Below, piece by piece: positions 49,751 through 60,421 of a stretch of 64,000 nucleotides of DNA. Source of the stretch: an uncultured Lachnospiraceae bacterium (GTDB taxonomy: Bacteria > Bacillota > Clostridia > Lachnospirales > Lachnospiraceae); contig CARDBT010000016.1 in assembly GCA_948957135.1 (NCBI GenBank), positions 2,000-65,999 on the forward strand, in the 5' to 3' direction. The position numbers and the translations under genes were made by a program. The first letter of the stretch is position 1. Each line of letters begins with the position of its first letter. A model generated the notes under the pieces. It was not told the DNA's origin. It made no database searches and saw only the letters and a list, made by a program, of their open reading frames with translations.

Positions 49751-51613
49751 ATGAGAAGATTAGCTTTGAGTGATGAGATACTGCTAAAAATTGAGAAACC
49801 GGCACGCTATATCGGAAACGAAGTGAACAGTGTCACCAAAAACAAGGATGACATAGCCGTCCGATTTGCAATGTGTTTTCCTGATGTCTATGAGATCGGC
49901 ATGTCACACTTGGGTATCCAGATACTGTACGATATGTTCAACCGTTTTGAGGATACCTGGTGTGAGCGTGTCTACTCGCCATGGCCGGATCTTGATGCGG
50001 TCATGCGCGACCAAAAGATTCCTCTATTTGCGCTGGAATCTCAGGATCCGATCAAAGACTTTGACTTTCTGGGTATCACGATTCAGTACGAGATGTGCTA
50101 TACTAATATCTTGCAGATATTGGACTTGTCCCAGATCCCTTTACTGGCGTCAGAGCGGACCTGGGAACATCCCATTGTGATCGGAGGCGGTCCCTGCAGT
50201 TACAATCCTGAACCGATCGCTGATTTTTTCGATATTTTCTATATCGGAGAAGGAGAGACGCAGTACCGTCCTCTTCTGGATCTGTACAAGAAGTGCAGGG
50301 AAAAGAATGCGTCAAGGGAAGAATTTCTGGCGCAAGCCGCAAAACTTCCTGGAATGTATGTGCCGTGTTTTTATGAAGTAAGCTATCATGAAGACGGCAC
50401 GATCAGCTCCTTTAACCCGATACGCCCTGATATTCCCCAAACAGTCATGAAAGAGATCGTGGCGGATATATCGGACACATACTATCCCGAAAGACCTGTC
50501 GTGCCTTTTATCAAATGTACGCAGGACAGGGTAGTTCTCGAGATCCAGAGAGGCTGTATCCGGGGATGCCGTTTTTGTCAGGCAGGACAATTATACAGGC
50601 CAGTACGGGAGCGCGATGTGGCGATGCTCGAGGATTATGCGGTGAAAATGCTTGACAACACTGGATATGATGAGATTTCACTGAGTTCACTCAGTTCAAG
50701 CGATTATTCACAGCTTGAAGCACTCGTAAACTTTCTGATCGACAAATGCAGTGAAAAAAAGGTAAATATTTCGCTTCCGTCACTTCGGATCGATGCCTTT
50801 TCGCTCGATGTCATGAAAAAAGTTCAGGACGTCAGAAAAAGCAGTCTGACGTTTGCGCCGGAAGCCGGAAGCCAACGGCTCAGAAATGTTATCAACAAAG
50901 GGCTGACTGAAGAAGATATCTTAAAGGGTGCAGCACTGGCATTTGAGGGCGGATGGAACAGGGTAAAACTTTATTTTATGCTTGGACTGCCGACAGAAAC
51001 GCAAGAGGATATCAAAGGCATTGCTGAACTCTCCAACAAGATCGCTGCTACATTTTTTGATACAGTGCCAAAGGAAAAAAGAAACGGAAAGGTACAGATC
51101 GTCGCCAGCACGTCCTTCTTTGTTCCCAAACCTTTTACACCGTTCCAGTGGGCGCCACAGTGTACCAAGGAACAGTTTTTGGAAAAAGCATACACGACAA
51201 GAAGGGCTGTCTCGGAACAACTGAATCAGAAGAGTATCAAATACAACTGGCATGAAGCAGATGCCAGCGTTATGGAGGGGATTCTTGCCCGCGGAGACAG
51301 GCGTCTATGCGAGCCGATCCTGAAAGCATATCAAAAGGGATGCATCTTTGACGCATGGGGAGAGTATTACAAACACGACATATGGATGGAAACATTTGCG
51401 GAATGCGGTATTGATACAAATTTTTATACGACACGCGAACGCAGCATTGACGAGATCTTTCCGTGGGATTTTATCGATTGCGGGGTTTCAAAAGAATTCT
51501 TAAAGAGAGAGTGGCAGCGGGCGCTTGACGGACAGGTGACTCCCAACTGTCAGCAGCAGTGCAATGCATGCGGAGCAGCCAGATTCAAGTGTGGAATTTG
51601 TATTGCGAAATAA
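49751..51613 (+). CDS. TIGR03960-type B12-binding radical SAM protein
   Basis: KPARYIGNE, FPDVYEIGMS, RGCIRGCRFC, SLPSLR, APEAGS, PKPFTPFQW. Confidence 0.92.
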   Translation: MRRLALSDEILLKIEKPARYIGNEVNSVTKNKDDIAVRFAMCFPDVYEIGMSHLGIQILYDMFNRFEDTWCERVYSPWPDLDAVMRDQKIPLFALESQDPIKDFDFLGITIQYEMCYTNILQILDLSQIPLLASERTWEHPIVIGGGPCSYNPEPIADFFDIFYIGEGETQYRPLLDLYKKCREKNASREEFLAQAAKLPGMYVPCFYEVSYHEDGTISSFNPIRPDIPQTVMKEIVADISDTYYPERPVVPFIKCTQDRVVLEIQRGCIRGCRFCQAGQLYRPVRERDVAMLEDYAVKMLDNTGYDEISLSSLSSSDYSQLEALVNFLIDKCSEKKVNISLPSLRIDAFSLDVMKKVQDVRKSSLTFAPEAGSQRLRNVINKGLTEEDILKGAALAFEGGWNRVKLYFMLGLPTETQEDIKGIAELSNKIAATFFDTVPKEKRNGKVQIVASTSFFVPKPFTPFQWAPQCTKEQFLEKAYTTRRAVSEQLNQKSIKYNWHEADASVMEGILARGDRRLCEPILKAYQKGCIFDAWGEYYKHDIWMETFAECGIDTNFYTTRERSIDEIFPWDFIDCGVSKEFLKREWQRALDGQVTPNCQQQCNACGAARFKCGICIAK

Positions 51614-51627
51614 TCAGGAGGGAAATT

Positions 51628-52335
51628 GTGAAACTAAGAGTGAAATTTTCAAAGCATGGTGTGCTCAAATTTATCGGGCATTTAGATGTCATGCGCTATT
51701 TTCAGAAAGCGATCCGCCGTGCAGGTGTTGATATTGCATACTCGACAGGATTCAGCCCGCATCAGATCATGTCATTTGCAGCGCCGCTCGGCGTGGGACT
51801 TGAGAGCAATGGTGAGTATATGGACATTGAAGTCAATACGCTGACAAGTGCCAGAGAGTTGACTGACTCGCTCAATGCACAGATGGTCGAGGGAATTGAA
51901 GTGCTGGAAGTCAAGCTTCTTCCAGACAATGCAGGCAATGCTATGGCAAGTGTTGCGGCGGCGCGTTATACTGTTGCATTTCGGGAAGAATACCAGCCTC
52001 GATTTTTGACTAAATCAGTTATAGATGACTTTTATAGTCAAAACGAAATTATTGTGACAAAGAAGACGAAAAAGAGTGAATCGACATTTGACATGAAGCC
52101 ATATATTTATGCATGTAGTTACAACGAGGCGGAAAACACCATCGATCTGACAGTTGATGCCAGCAGTGCCGGAAATATCAAACCCACACTCGTTGTCAAA
52201 GCGATATTTGACTATAAGGACCAGCCGCTGGATGAATATGCATTGTTGATCACCCGTGAAGAAACATATACCAATGTCGGAACTTCAGAGCATGTCCAGT
52301 TGAAGCCGCTTGGATTTGCCGGAAGTGATTTCTGA
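51628..52335 (+). CDS. radical SAM-linked protein (TIGR03936/DUF2344)
   Basis: FIGHLD, YSTGFSPH, FAAPLGVG; follows TIGR03960-type gene. Confidence 0.9.
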   Translation: MKLRVKFSKHGVLKFIGHLDVMRYFQKAIRRAGVDIAYSTGFSPHQIMSFAAPLGVGLESNGEYMDIEVNTLTSARELTDSLNAQMVEGIEVLEVKLLPDNAGNAMASVAAARYTVAFREEYQPRFLTKSVIDDFYSQNEIIVTKKTKKSESTFDMKPYIYACSYNEAENTIDLTVDASSAGNIKPTLVVKAIFDYKDQPLDEYALLITREETYTNVGTSEHVQLKPLGFAGSDF

Positions 52336-52356
52336 CATGAAAGGAAGTAAATACAA

Positions 52357-53586
52357 ATGAGTGCCATGCGATATGTTGTGACAAAATACAGAGACGGAGT
52401 ACTGTCATTTATTTCGGACGCTATGACTTGCAAAATGGAATCCGTCGTTTTCACACATTCCGACGAAAACATGGATGACGCAAAAATAGGCGATATTTTT
52501 GTCGCAAAAGTGAAGAATGTCGCGAAACAGATCAACGCGGCATTTATTGATTACGCGCCAAACAAGAAGGGCTATCTGCCTATCCGCACAGACTATGTGC
52601 CACTCATTACAAACCGCAGGTATGATGGCAGGATACTGGCAGGAGATGAGATTATCGTACAGCTTGAAAAGGAGGCTGTGCGGACAAAAGAACCCGTATT
52701 TACCACCAATCTGTCGCTGGCAGGCAAATACAGTGTTGTTTCCTGCGGTAACACCTACAAAGGAATATCCAGAAAGTGCTCCAAAATCGAGAAGGAGCTG
52801 CTTCGGACAGCCATACCGGAGGAGACCGACTACGGTGTTGTGATTCGCACCAATGCAGTCTCTCTTTTACAGACATCAGAAACCACAGACACAAAGGATA
52901 TGCTGCAGCCAATCAGAGATGAGATCAGATATCTGAATGACAAAATGGCCACTTTGATCCAGGATGGCCTTCACAGAACGTGTTATAGCCGGATCTGGAA
53001 AAATGCACCCCCATATCTGACAAATATGCGGGACGAAGGGATCGTATTTCAGCAGATCATTGCGGACGACCAGCAGATTTACAATGAAATGAAGGATTTT
53101 GCAGCACTTTATATGCCAGATCAGCTCGCCAATATCTCACTGTACCAGGATAGCACCTACCCGCTGCACAAGCTTTACCGCATAGAAACACAGCTCGATG
53201 AACTGCTCGCTAAAAAAGTCTGGCTTAAGTCGGGAGCCTATCTGGTCATCGAAAAGACGGAGGCAATGTATGTGATCGATGTCAATTCTGGGAAAAATAT
53301 ATCAAAAAAAGAAAGTTCTGAGTTTATTTTCCAGATCAATCTTGAAGCTGCTGCAGAAATAATGCGGCAGATCCGTCTCAGGAATCTTTCTGGAATGATA
53401 CTTGTTGATTTTATCAATATGGAGGACAGCGAAAAAGATATCTCGCTTCTGCAGGAGCTGCGGATTCTTGCCAAAAAAGATCACATTCTCACAACGATAG
53501 TTGATATAACAGCGCTCGGGCTTGTGGAGATCACCCGAAAGAAGACGACAAAATCACTTGCGGAACAGCTCTGTCATGAACCATGA
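52357..53586 (+). CDS. rng: ribonuclease E/G family protein
   Basis: S1 domain AAFID, TEAMYVIDVNSG, RQIRLRNLSGMILVDFI, LGLVEITRK. Confidence 0.92.
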   Translation: MSAMRYVVTKYRDGVLSFISDAMTCKMESVVFTHSDENMDDAKIGDIFVAKVKNVAKQINAAFIDYAPNKKGYLPIRTDYVPLITNRRYDGRILAGDEIIVQLEKEAVRTKEPVFTTNLSLAGKYSVVSCGNTYKGISRKCSKIEKELLRTAIPEETDYGVVIRTNAVSLLQTSETTDTKDMLQPIRDEIRYLNDKMATLIQDGLHRTCYSRIWKNAPPYLTNMRDEGIVFQQIIADDQQIYNEMKDFAALYMPDQLANISLYQDSTYPLHKLYRIETQLDELLAKKVWLKSGAYLVIEKTEAMYVIDVNSGKNISKKESSEFIFQINLEAAAEIMRQIRLRNLSGMILVDFINMEDSEKDISLLQELRILAKKDHILTTIVDITALGLVEITRKKTTKSLAEQLCHEP

Positions 53587-53618
53587 TCCATTTTGACTAA
53601 GTATTTGGGGAGATGCAC

Positions 53619-54761
53619 ATGAATCGTACAACAAAGAAATGTATTTTATTACTTGGGACGTTCCTTGGCATTCTGATGGGATGCAGCAGCCAGAAAAAGC
53701 AAAGTTATTGCGTAGCAAGCCAGCGTATTGCTCCAGTTCCCCCGGTATCAGAGATCCCAACTGAGGAGTCGGTCGACACCGCTTTTGACTTCACACTATG
53801 TTTTGCAGGGGATGTCAATCTGGACGAAAACTGGGGGACTACACAGTATTTGTCGGCTCAGCCTAATGGTATATATGATTGTATCTCAGAAGAGCTAGTC
53901 CGCTTCATGCAGGACGCGGATTTCATGTGTCTGAACAATGAATTTTCCTACAGTCTGCGCGGGAAACCTCTCAATGGAAAAGCCTACACCTTCCGCGCCG
54001 ATCCCGACCGGGTAGAAGTGCTCCGGCAGCTTGGAGTCGACGCCGTAACTTTGGCAAACAACCATGTATATGATTATGGCAGAGATGCGATGCTTGATAC
54101 TTTTTCGGTTCTGGAAGACGCCGGAATCCCATATTTTGGTGCCGGTGATACGCTGCAGAGGGCTATGGAACCATTGTATATAGAGGTCGGTGAAAAAACC
54201 GTAGCACTGGTAGCCGCTTCCCGTGCAGAAAAATACAAGATGACACCACAGGCAACCGACACCGAACCCGGAATACTCCGATGTTATGATACTGAATTGT
54301 TTTTGCAGGTGATCCGGGAGGCAAAGGAACACTCGGACTTCTGTATCGCCTTTGTCCATTGGGGGACAGAATACAGCTATGAGCTGGAGCAGGTACAGCT
54401 TGATACGGGAAAAGACTATCTGGACGCTGGCGCAGACGTAGTGATCGGTGCGCATTCTCACTGTCTGCAGGGCATGGAATACTATGACGGAAAACCGATC
54501 ATATATAGTCTTGGGAATTATTGGTTCAATGGAAAAACACTGGACACCATGCTATTGCAGCTTCATTTTTCAGGAGATGATGACGAAACGCAATTGGATG
54601 TCCAGATTATTCCAGCTGTACAATCTGGTTATCGTACAACCTATGCATCGGAACCAGGCGAACAGCGCAGGATTTTTGATTTTCTTGAAAGTATCTCAGT
54701 CAACGTAGAGATTTCTGATGAGGGAATTGTCACTCCCTTAGGCTCAGGAGAAAATGAATGA
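53619..54761 (+). CDS. CapA family metallophosphatase lipoprotein
   Basis: LMGC lipobox; FAGD, LANNHVYDYG, HWG, GAHSH, YSLGN. Confidence 0.9.
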   Translation: MNRTTKKCILLLGTFLGILMGCSSQKKQSYCVASQRIAPVPPVSEIPTEESVDTAFDFTLCFAGDVNLDENWGTTQYLSAQPNGIYDCISEELVRFMQDADFMCLNNEFSYSLRGKPLNGKAYTFRADPDRVEVLRQLGVDAVTLANNHVYDYGRDAMLDTFSVLEDAGIPYFGAGDTLQRAMEPLYIEVGEKTVALVAASRAEKYKMTPQATDTEPGILRCYDTELFLQVIREAKEHSDFCIAFVHWGTEYSYELEQVQLDTGKDYLDAGADVVIGAHSHCLQGMEYYDGKPIIYSLGNYWFNGKTLDTMLLQLHFSGDDDETQLDVQIIPAVQSGYRTTYASEPGEQRRIFDFLESISVNVEISDEGIVTPLGSGENE

Positions 54762-55288
54762 ACAAGAAATTGTCAGTTGTTTTATTTATCATTGTAACAC
54801 TGTATGCCGCAATATTTGGAGTTATCATGGTGATCACGATATTGCAGCCGTCCATGGCATATGAAAATACTGATCTGCTTTTAGGAAATATCGTTAACAG
54901 CAGCAACAAAATAAATTATAGACAGTTTACTAAGGACGGGATCACAACAATAACCTGTAAGAAAATGACGGGCATGGAAACCATCTGGAAGTATCAAGCA
55001 AACGAGGATATGACCCTGCAGATGGTCTACGATCTGAAAGTGACAAACGGCAAGGCAAAGCTGGTACTGATCACGCCTGATGATACCATCATTACATTGA
55101 CGGAACAGGATAGTGCTGTATTCGAAGATAACAATGGACAAGCGTCAGAGACGACAAAGTATTCCGACACTGGAATGCCGGACATGGAATCCACAGTGGA
55201 TCTAAACTTGCAAAAGGGCGAAAACAGAATCAGAATCGTATGTAGAAAAGGGACAACATTTTCTCTGTCTTTTCGCATTATAGAATAA
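54758..55288 (+). CDS. hypothetical membrane-anchored protein
   Basis: Single N-terminal TM, beta-rich body (GKAKLVLI, LQKGENRIRI); overlaps capA-like stop. Confidence 0.7.
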   Translation: MNKKLSVVLFIIVTLYAAIFGVIMVITILQPSMAYENTDLLLGNIVNSSNKINYRQFTKDGITTITCKKMTGMETIWKYQANEDMTLQMVYDLKVTNGKAKLVLITPDDTIITLTEQDSAVFEDNNGQASETTKYSDTGMPDMESTVDLNLQKGENRIRIVCRKGTTFSLSFRIIE

Positions 55289-55334
55289 AATCCAATAGGG
55301 ATTCAAAAACACAATAAGATCAAGCAAAAAAGCA

Positions 55335-55363
55335 TTGACAACCACCCGCAACAATGCTAATAT
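55335..55363 (+). promoter_or_regulatory. sigmaA promoter of rplU operon
   Basis: TTGACA, 17 bp, TAATAT with extended TG. Confidence 0.7.
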
Positions 55364-55368
55364 ATATG

Positions 55369-55428
55369 AGTATGCCGCATAACTAGGTTCAAGTGTATTT
55401 TGAAATAACACCAAAGTTAGCGAGTAAT
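55369..55428 (+). ncRNA. probable L21 ribosomal protein leader RNA
   Basis: Structured 5' UTR of rplU: CGC-TAACT...GTGT-ATTT/AAAT-ACAC...AGTTA-GCG nested pairing. Confidence 0.6.
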
Positions 55429-55445
55429 TATTTAGGAGGTGCAAT

Positions 55446-55751
55446 ATGTACGCAATTATTGCAACAGGTGGAAAGCAGTACAAGGTTTCCGAGGGAGATG
55501 TGATCAAAGTAGAAAAACTTGATGTCGAGGCAGGAAACACTGTAACTTTTGACAATGTTATTGCTGTTAGCAATGATTCTCTCAAGGTAGGCGCTGATGT
55601 AGCAAACGCATCTGTCTCTGCTACTGTTATGGAGCAGGGAAGAGACCGGAAGATCATCGTTTACAAGTACAAGAGAAAGACAGGCTATCACAAGAAAAAC
55701 GGTCATAGACAAGCATACACTCGGGTTAAGATTGATAAAATCAACGCTTAA
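55446..55751 (+). CDS. rplU: 50S ribosomal protein L21
   Basis: [18 protein letters not shown]. Confidence 0.98.
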   Translation: MYAIIATGGKQYKVSEGDVIKVEKLDVEAGNTVTFDNVIAVSNDSLKVGADVANASVSATVMEQGRDRKIIVYKYKRKTGYHKKNGHRQAYTRVKIDKINA

Positions 55752-55774
55752 TAGATGTTGTTCGTTTAGATAGT

Positions 55775-56107
55775 ATGACTACGATTGTTGTTTTTAAATC
55801 CAAGGACAGCTACAGAGGGTTCACCTGTATGGGTCATGCAGGCTTTGCCCAGTCAGGCAGTGATATTGTATGTGCCGCGATTTCGGTATTAGTGATCAAT
55901 ACGCTGAATTCCATAGAGGAATTGGCGCACGAAAAGATCATTACTGAAAGTGATGAAAAAAAAGGTCATATCGAATGTCATTTTCCTGATGAGATCAATG
56001 AAAAGACAAAGCTTTTAATGGACTCTATGGTGATGGGTTTAAAAGGAATCGAACAAAATTATGGCAGGCGAAAAAAATATTTTGAACTCATAATCAAGGA
56101 GGTGTAG
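55775..56107 (+). CDS. prp: ribosomal-processing cysteine protease Prp
   Basis: [12 protein letters not shown]; between rplU and rpmA. Confidence 0.93.
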   Translation: MTTIVVFKSKDSYRGFTCMGHAGFAQSGSDIVCAAISVLVINTLNSIEELAHEKIITESDEKKGHIECHFPDEINEKTKLLMDSMVMGLKGIEQNYGRRKKYFELIIKEV

Positions 56108-56111
56108 TACC

Positions 56112-56399
56112 ATGATGAAGTTAGATCTTCAGTTTTTTGCTCATAAAAAGGGAGTTGGTTCTACTAAAAATGGTAGAGATTCCGAGTCTAAGAGATTAGG
56201 TGCAAAGAGAGCAGATGGTCAGTTCGTAAAGGCAGGCAACATTTTATATAGACAGCGCGGAACTAAGATTCATCCGGGCGTAAATGTTGGGATCGGCGGA
56301 GATGATACACTGTTTGCATTGGTTGATGGTGTACTCAGATTCGAGAGAAAGGGAAGAGACAGAAAGCAGGCTTCCGTTTATCCTGTGGAGGAGAAATAA
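56112..56399 (+). CDS. rpmA: 50S ribosomal protein L27 with Prp-cleaved N-terminal extension
   Basis: [21 protein letters not shown]. Confidence 0.98.
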   Translation: MMKLDLQFFAHKKGVGSTKNGRDSESKRLGAKRADGQFVKAGNILYRQRGTKIHPGVNVGIGGDDTLFALVDGVLRFERKGRDRKQASVYPVEEK

Positions 56400-56419
56400 G
56401 ACCAAACTACGAATCTACT

Positions 56420-56448
56420 AAGGCTTCAGGTTTCACCTGAAGCCTTTT
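56420..56448 (+). terminator. intrinsic terminator after rpmA
   Basis: AAGGCTTCAGG-tttca-CCTGAAGCCTTTT. Confidence 0.85.
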
Positions 56449-56480
56449 CCATATAAGTATATAGAAAGGTTTTGAATGAA

Positions 56481-57776
56481 ATGTTTGCAGATAGAGCCAA
56501 AATATATATCAGAAGCGGCAAGGGTGGAGACGGTCATGTATCCTTCCGGCGCGAAAAATATGTGCCAAACGGTGGTCCTGACGGTGGAGACGGAGGTAAT
56601 GGCGGAAGTGTGATCTTTGAAGTTGATGAAGGGCTCAATACACTGACTGATTTCCGTCATATCAGAAAATACTGTGCCCAGGACGGAGAACAGGGAGGAA
56701 AACGGAACTGCAGAGGAAAAAATGGAGGAGACATCATCGTAAAAGTTCCTGAGGGAACCGTTGTAAAGGAATTAGAATCTGGAAAGATCATCGCTGATAT
56801 GTCAGGCGAAAATCGCAGACAGACCATATTGAGCGGCGGAAAAGGCGGCAATGGAAACCAGCATTATGCCACATCCACCATGCAGGCACCCAAATACGCC
56901 CAACCTGGACAGCCTTCAAAGGAGCTTGATCTGTTTCTGGAATTGAAGGTGATCGCAGATGTAGGTCTTGTTGGATTTCCAAATGTTGGAAAATCTACCC
57001 TCTTGTCACGCGTCACAAATGCAAGACCCAAAATTGCCAACTACCATTTTACTACATTGAACCCCAATCTTGGCGTTGTGGATCTCGATGGTGGAAAGGG
57101 CTTTGTGATTGCTGACATTCCAGGACTCATAGAAGGAGCTTCCGAAGGCGTGGGACTTGGGCATGAATTTCTTCGTCATATTGAGCGCACGAAAGTCCTG
57201 ATTCATTTAGTTGATGCCGCCTCAACAGAAGGGCGTGATCCCATTGCAGATATTTATGCCATCAATAAAGAATTAGAAGCATACAATGAGGATATTGCAC
57301 ACCGACCGCAAGTGATTGCAGCCAACAAAATCGATGCGATCTATGCCGGGAATGACGAAGACCCTGTCGCAAAGATCAAAGAGGAGTTTGAACCGAAGGG
57401 AATTAAAGTTTTTCCAATATCGGCTGTTTCAGGTCAGGGTTTGAATGATCTTCTGTATTATGTAAGGGACCTGCTCAGCCAGATCAATGAGCCGCCAACA
57501 GTCTTTGAACCCGAATTTAATCCTGATACAGACATTGTTGTGGGAAATGAACCTTTTACTGTCGAATACGACGAAAAGAAAAATGAATATGTCGTTGAGG
57601 GTCCCCGCATCGAAAAAATGCTTGGATACACCAACCTTGAATCAGAGCGCGGCTTCAAATTCTTTCAGGAATTTCTCAAAAACAATGAAATCCTGGACGA
57701 GCTGGAGGCACTCGGCATCCAGGAAGGCGATACAGTAAGAATGTATGGGCTGGCATTTAGTTATTATAAAGAATAA
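56481..57776 (+). CDS. obgE: GTPase Obg
   Basis: FRREKYVPNGGPDGGDGG, GFPNVGKS, DIPG, NKID. Confidence 0.98.
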   Translation: MFADRAKIYIRSGKGGDGHVSFRREKYVPNGGPDGGDGGNGGSVIFEVDEGLNTLTDFRHIRKYCAQDGEQGGKRNCRGKNGGDIIVKVPEGTVVKELESGKIIADMSGENRRQTILSGGKGGNGNQHYATSTMQAPKYAQPGQPSKELDLFLELKVIADVGLVGFPNVGKSTLLSRVTNARPKIANYHFTTLNPNLGVVDLDGGKGFVIADIPGLIEGASEGVGLGHEFLRHIERTKVLIHLVDAASTEGRDPIADIYAINKELEAYNEDIAHRPQVIAANKIDAIYAGNDEDPVAKIKEEFEPKGIKVFPISAVSGQGLNDLLYYVRDLLSQINEPPTVFEPEFNPDTDIVVGNEPFTVEYDEKKNEYVVEGPRIEKMLGYTNLESERGFKFFQEFLKNNEILDELEALGIQEGDTVRMYGLAFSYYKE

Positions 57777-57792
57777 AAGAAAGGGAAAAATT

Positions 57793-58083
57793 ATGACAAG
57801 CAAACAGAGATCTTACCTGAAAGGCCTGGCAATGAACATAGATCCGGTATTTCAGATTGGAAAAGCATCCGTGACCCCAGAGAACATTGATGCCATTTCT
57901 GAGGTTTTCAATACCCACGAACTGATCAAAATAGCCGTTTTAAAGAATTGCATTGATGATCCAAAGGAAATTGCAAATGTTGTGGCTGAACGCACACACT
58001 CACAAGTAGTCCAGGTGATCGGAAAGAAGATCGTTTTATACAAACGTTTTAAGGAGAATCCTAAAATAGTTCTGCCCAAATAA
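57793..58083 (+). CDS. yhbY: ribosome assembly RNA-binding protein YhbY
   Basis: MTSKQRSYL, FQIGK, HELIKI, VQVIG. Confidence 0.93.
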   Translation: MTSKQRSYLKGLAMNIDPVFQIGKASVTPENIDAISEVFNTHELIKIAVLKNCIDDPKEIANVVAERTHSQVVQVIGKKIVLYKRFKENPKIVLPK

Positions 58084-58099
58084 GCGATGGAGGTATTCC

Positions 58100-58711
58100 A
58101 TGAAAAACGGAAAGCGAATCGGAATCATGGGGGGCACTTTTAATCCCATTCACAACGGTCATCTGCTGTTAGCCCAGAGGGCGCAGGAACAAGTTTTGTT
58201 GGATAAAGTTCTATTTATGCCAAGCGGCAATTCATATATGAAAGAAAATGTTCTTGAGACACAGAAGCGGGTAGACATGGTAGCATTAGCGATCAGGAAA
58301 TATCCTGATTTCGAGCTGTCCATGATAGAAGCCCAAAAATCCGGAAACACATACACCTTTGAAACACTGAAATTCCTGACAAGATCAAATCCTCAAGAAC
58401 AGTACTTTTTTATTATCGGAGCTGATATTCTGTTTCAGATTGAACAGTGGCGAAATCCGGAACAGATTTTCCAGAGGGCAGTGTTAGTCTGCGCGGTACG
58501 CGACGACTATGATATCGATGCGATCCACAAAAAAGGAAACGTCTTAGCGGCATCAGGAGCAGATATTATTTATCTAAACATGCCCAGATTAGATATATCA
58601 TCTACAGATATAAGAGCAAAAGTCAGAAGCAGCCTGTCCATCTCGGAGTTGGTTCCACCAGAGGTTGCACACTATATAGAACAGGAGCATTTATATTATG
58701 AAGAAGATTAA
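58100..58711 (+). CDS. nadD: nicotinate-nucleotide adenylyltransferase
   Basis: GGTFNPIHNGH, FIIGAD, ISSTDIR. Confidence 0.96.
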   Translation: MKNGKRIGIMGGTFNPIHNGHLLLAQRAQEQVLLDKVLFMPSGNSYMKENVLETQKRVDMVALAIRKYPDFELSMIEAQKSGNTYTFETLKFLTRSNPQEQYFFIIGADILFQIEQWRNPEQIFQRAVLVCAVRDDYDIDAIHKKGNVLAASGADIIYLNMPRLDISSTDIRAKVRSSLSISELVPPEVAHYIEQEHLYYEED

Positions 58712-59303
58712 GAAATACTTAAAAAAGCATTTGACAAAAGATCGATATCATCATACCCTTGGTGTAGCATATACAGCTATTGCGATGGCAATGCGGTATA
58801 ATCCTGAGACTGGAAATTCTAATTTTATAAAAAGGGCTGAGATCGCAGGGCTTCTCCACGACTGTGCAAAATGTATGGACAATGACAAAAAACTTCGTAT
58901 TTGTGAGAGAAACAATATTCCGTATAACAGCTTCGAAGCAAGCCATCCATATCTTTTGCACGGAAGGGTTGGGGCTTATATTGCTCAAACAAAATTTGAT
59001 ATTCATGATGAGGACATCCTCCAGGCGATCACATGGCATACCACAGGGCGTCCTGATATGTCGCTGCTTGAAAAAATAATCTTTATTGCTGATTATATAG
59101 AACCTTCCCGCAATCCAATACCAGAGCTCGATGAGATCCGTCAGCTTGCATTTATTGATATTGATAAAGCAATGGAAAAAATCTTGTCAAACACGCTTAA
59201 ATTTCTGGAGTCAAAGGGAAATCCAATAGATAAAATGACACAGACAACCTATGACAGCATTGTACGATATTCTGCATCATATAAAGGAGGAAATCTTGCT
59301 TGA
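58698..59303 (+). CDS. yqeK: HD-domain Ap4A hydrolase YqeK
   Basis: RYHHTLGV, LLHDCAK, LLHG, HTTG, ADYIEP. Confidence 0.93.
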   Translation: MKKIKKYLKKHLTKDRYHHTLGVAYTAIAMAMRYNPETGNSNFIKRAEIAGLLHDCAKCMDNDKKLRICERNNIPYNSFEASHPYLLHGRVGAYIAQTKFDIHDEDILQAITWHTTGRPDMSLLEKIIFIADYIEPSRNPIPELDEIRQLAFIDIDKAMEKILSNTLKFLESKGNPIDKMTQTTYDSIVRYSASYKGGNLA

Positions 59304-59650
59304 ACACGATAAATAATACTTTAAAGACAATTGTTGATGCCCTTGAAAATAAGAAGGCAGAAGAGTTGCAGCTGATTGATATCAGGGAAGTATCGACAAT
59401 CGCAGATTACTTTGTGATCACAAACGGGACAAACATGAGTCAGATCCAGGCATTGGCTGACAATGTAGAAGAGAAGCTTGCCATAAATGGAATCCATCCA
59501 AGAAGTGTGGAGGGTTACAACACTGCAAACTGGATACTGATGGATTACAACGACATTCTGGTGCACATATTTGATAAGGAAAGTCGTGGCTTCTATGATC
59601 TGGAGCGCATGTGGCGCGATGGAAAAGTTATTGATGTAAAGTCAATATAA
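59300..59650 (+). CDS. rsfS: ribosome silencing factor
   Basis: KKAE, ADYFVI, WILMDY, VHIF, FYDLERMW. Confidence 0.95.
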   Translation: MNTINNTLKTIVDALENKKAEELQLIDIREVSTIADYFVITNGTNMSQIQALADNVEEKLAINGIHPRSVEGYNTANWILMDYNDILVHIFDKESRGFYDLERMWRDGKVIDVKSI

Positions 59651-59677
59651 GTTTTTATATAATTCTGATACCTGTGT

Positions 59678-59717
59678 AATCGAGTAGGGGAGAAGGTCAT
59701 TCCTCTACTCGATTTTT
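59678..59717. terminator. terminator between convergent rsfS and lexA
   Basis: AATCGAGTAG...CTACTCGATT followed by TTT. Confidence 0.75.
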
Positions 59718-59754
59718 AATTAAAACTCAAAACTATGTATAAAGCCAATGAAAT

Positions 59755-60372
59755 TTAGTGATATAGACGAAATACACCATATACTTTTCCCAGAATCTCT
59801 ACATCATCTAAAATAATAGGATCCATTGTGTCATTCTCCGGCTGGAGTCTGTAATGCCCATCTTCCTTATAGTAAGTCTTTACAGTGGCAGAATCATCGA
59901 CCAAAGCGACAACAGTGTCACCATTTTCAGCAGTATTGCATGCATGGATAAAAATCTGATCTCCGTTAAAAATGCCGGCATTGATCATACTGTCACCTTT
60001 CACCCTCAATACAAATGAATCACCAGCTGGCACCATCTCTGCAGGAATCGGGAAATAACCCTCAATATTCTGTTCAGCAAGAATCGGCAAACCAGCTGCG
60101 ACAGTTCCCACAATAGGAATACTCGTCATCTCGTGTCTGACCATCTGGAAACTATCATCCATGATCTCAATAGCCCGGGGTTTTGTCGGGTCTCTTCTGA
60201 TATATCCGTTCTTCTCAAGTGTCTCAAGATGAGAGTGAACAGAGGAAGTGGACTTAAGGTTTACTGCCTCACAGATTTCTCGAACTGATGGCGGATAACC
60301 TTTCCTGAGGATCTCCGCTTTAATGAATTCCAAAATTTCTTTTTGTTTTACTGTTATTTTACCATATGCCAT
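59755..60372 (-). CDS. lexA: SOS repressor LexA
   Basis: GYPPSVREI, KPRAIE, VAAG cleavage site, GDSM, ATVK. Confidence 0.97.
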   Translation of the reverse strand: MAYGKITVKQKEILEFIKAEILRKGYPPSVREICEAVNLKSTSSVHSHLETLEKNGYIRRDPTKPRAIEIMDDSFQMVRHEMTSIPIVGTVAAGLPILAEQNIEGYFPIPAEMVPAGDSFVLRVKGDSMINAGIFNGDQIFIHACNTAENGDTVVALVDDSATVKTYYKEDGHYRLQPENDTMDPIILDDVEILGKVYGVFRLYH

Positions 60373-60421
60373 ATTTAATGCCTCCTTTTTTGTTATTATA
60401 ACATACCTTGCAGAAAATTGC

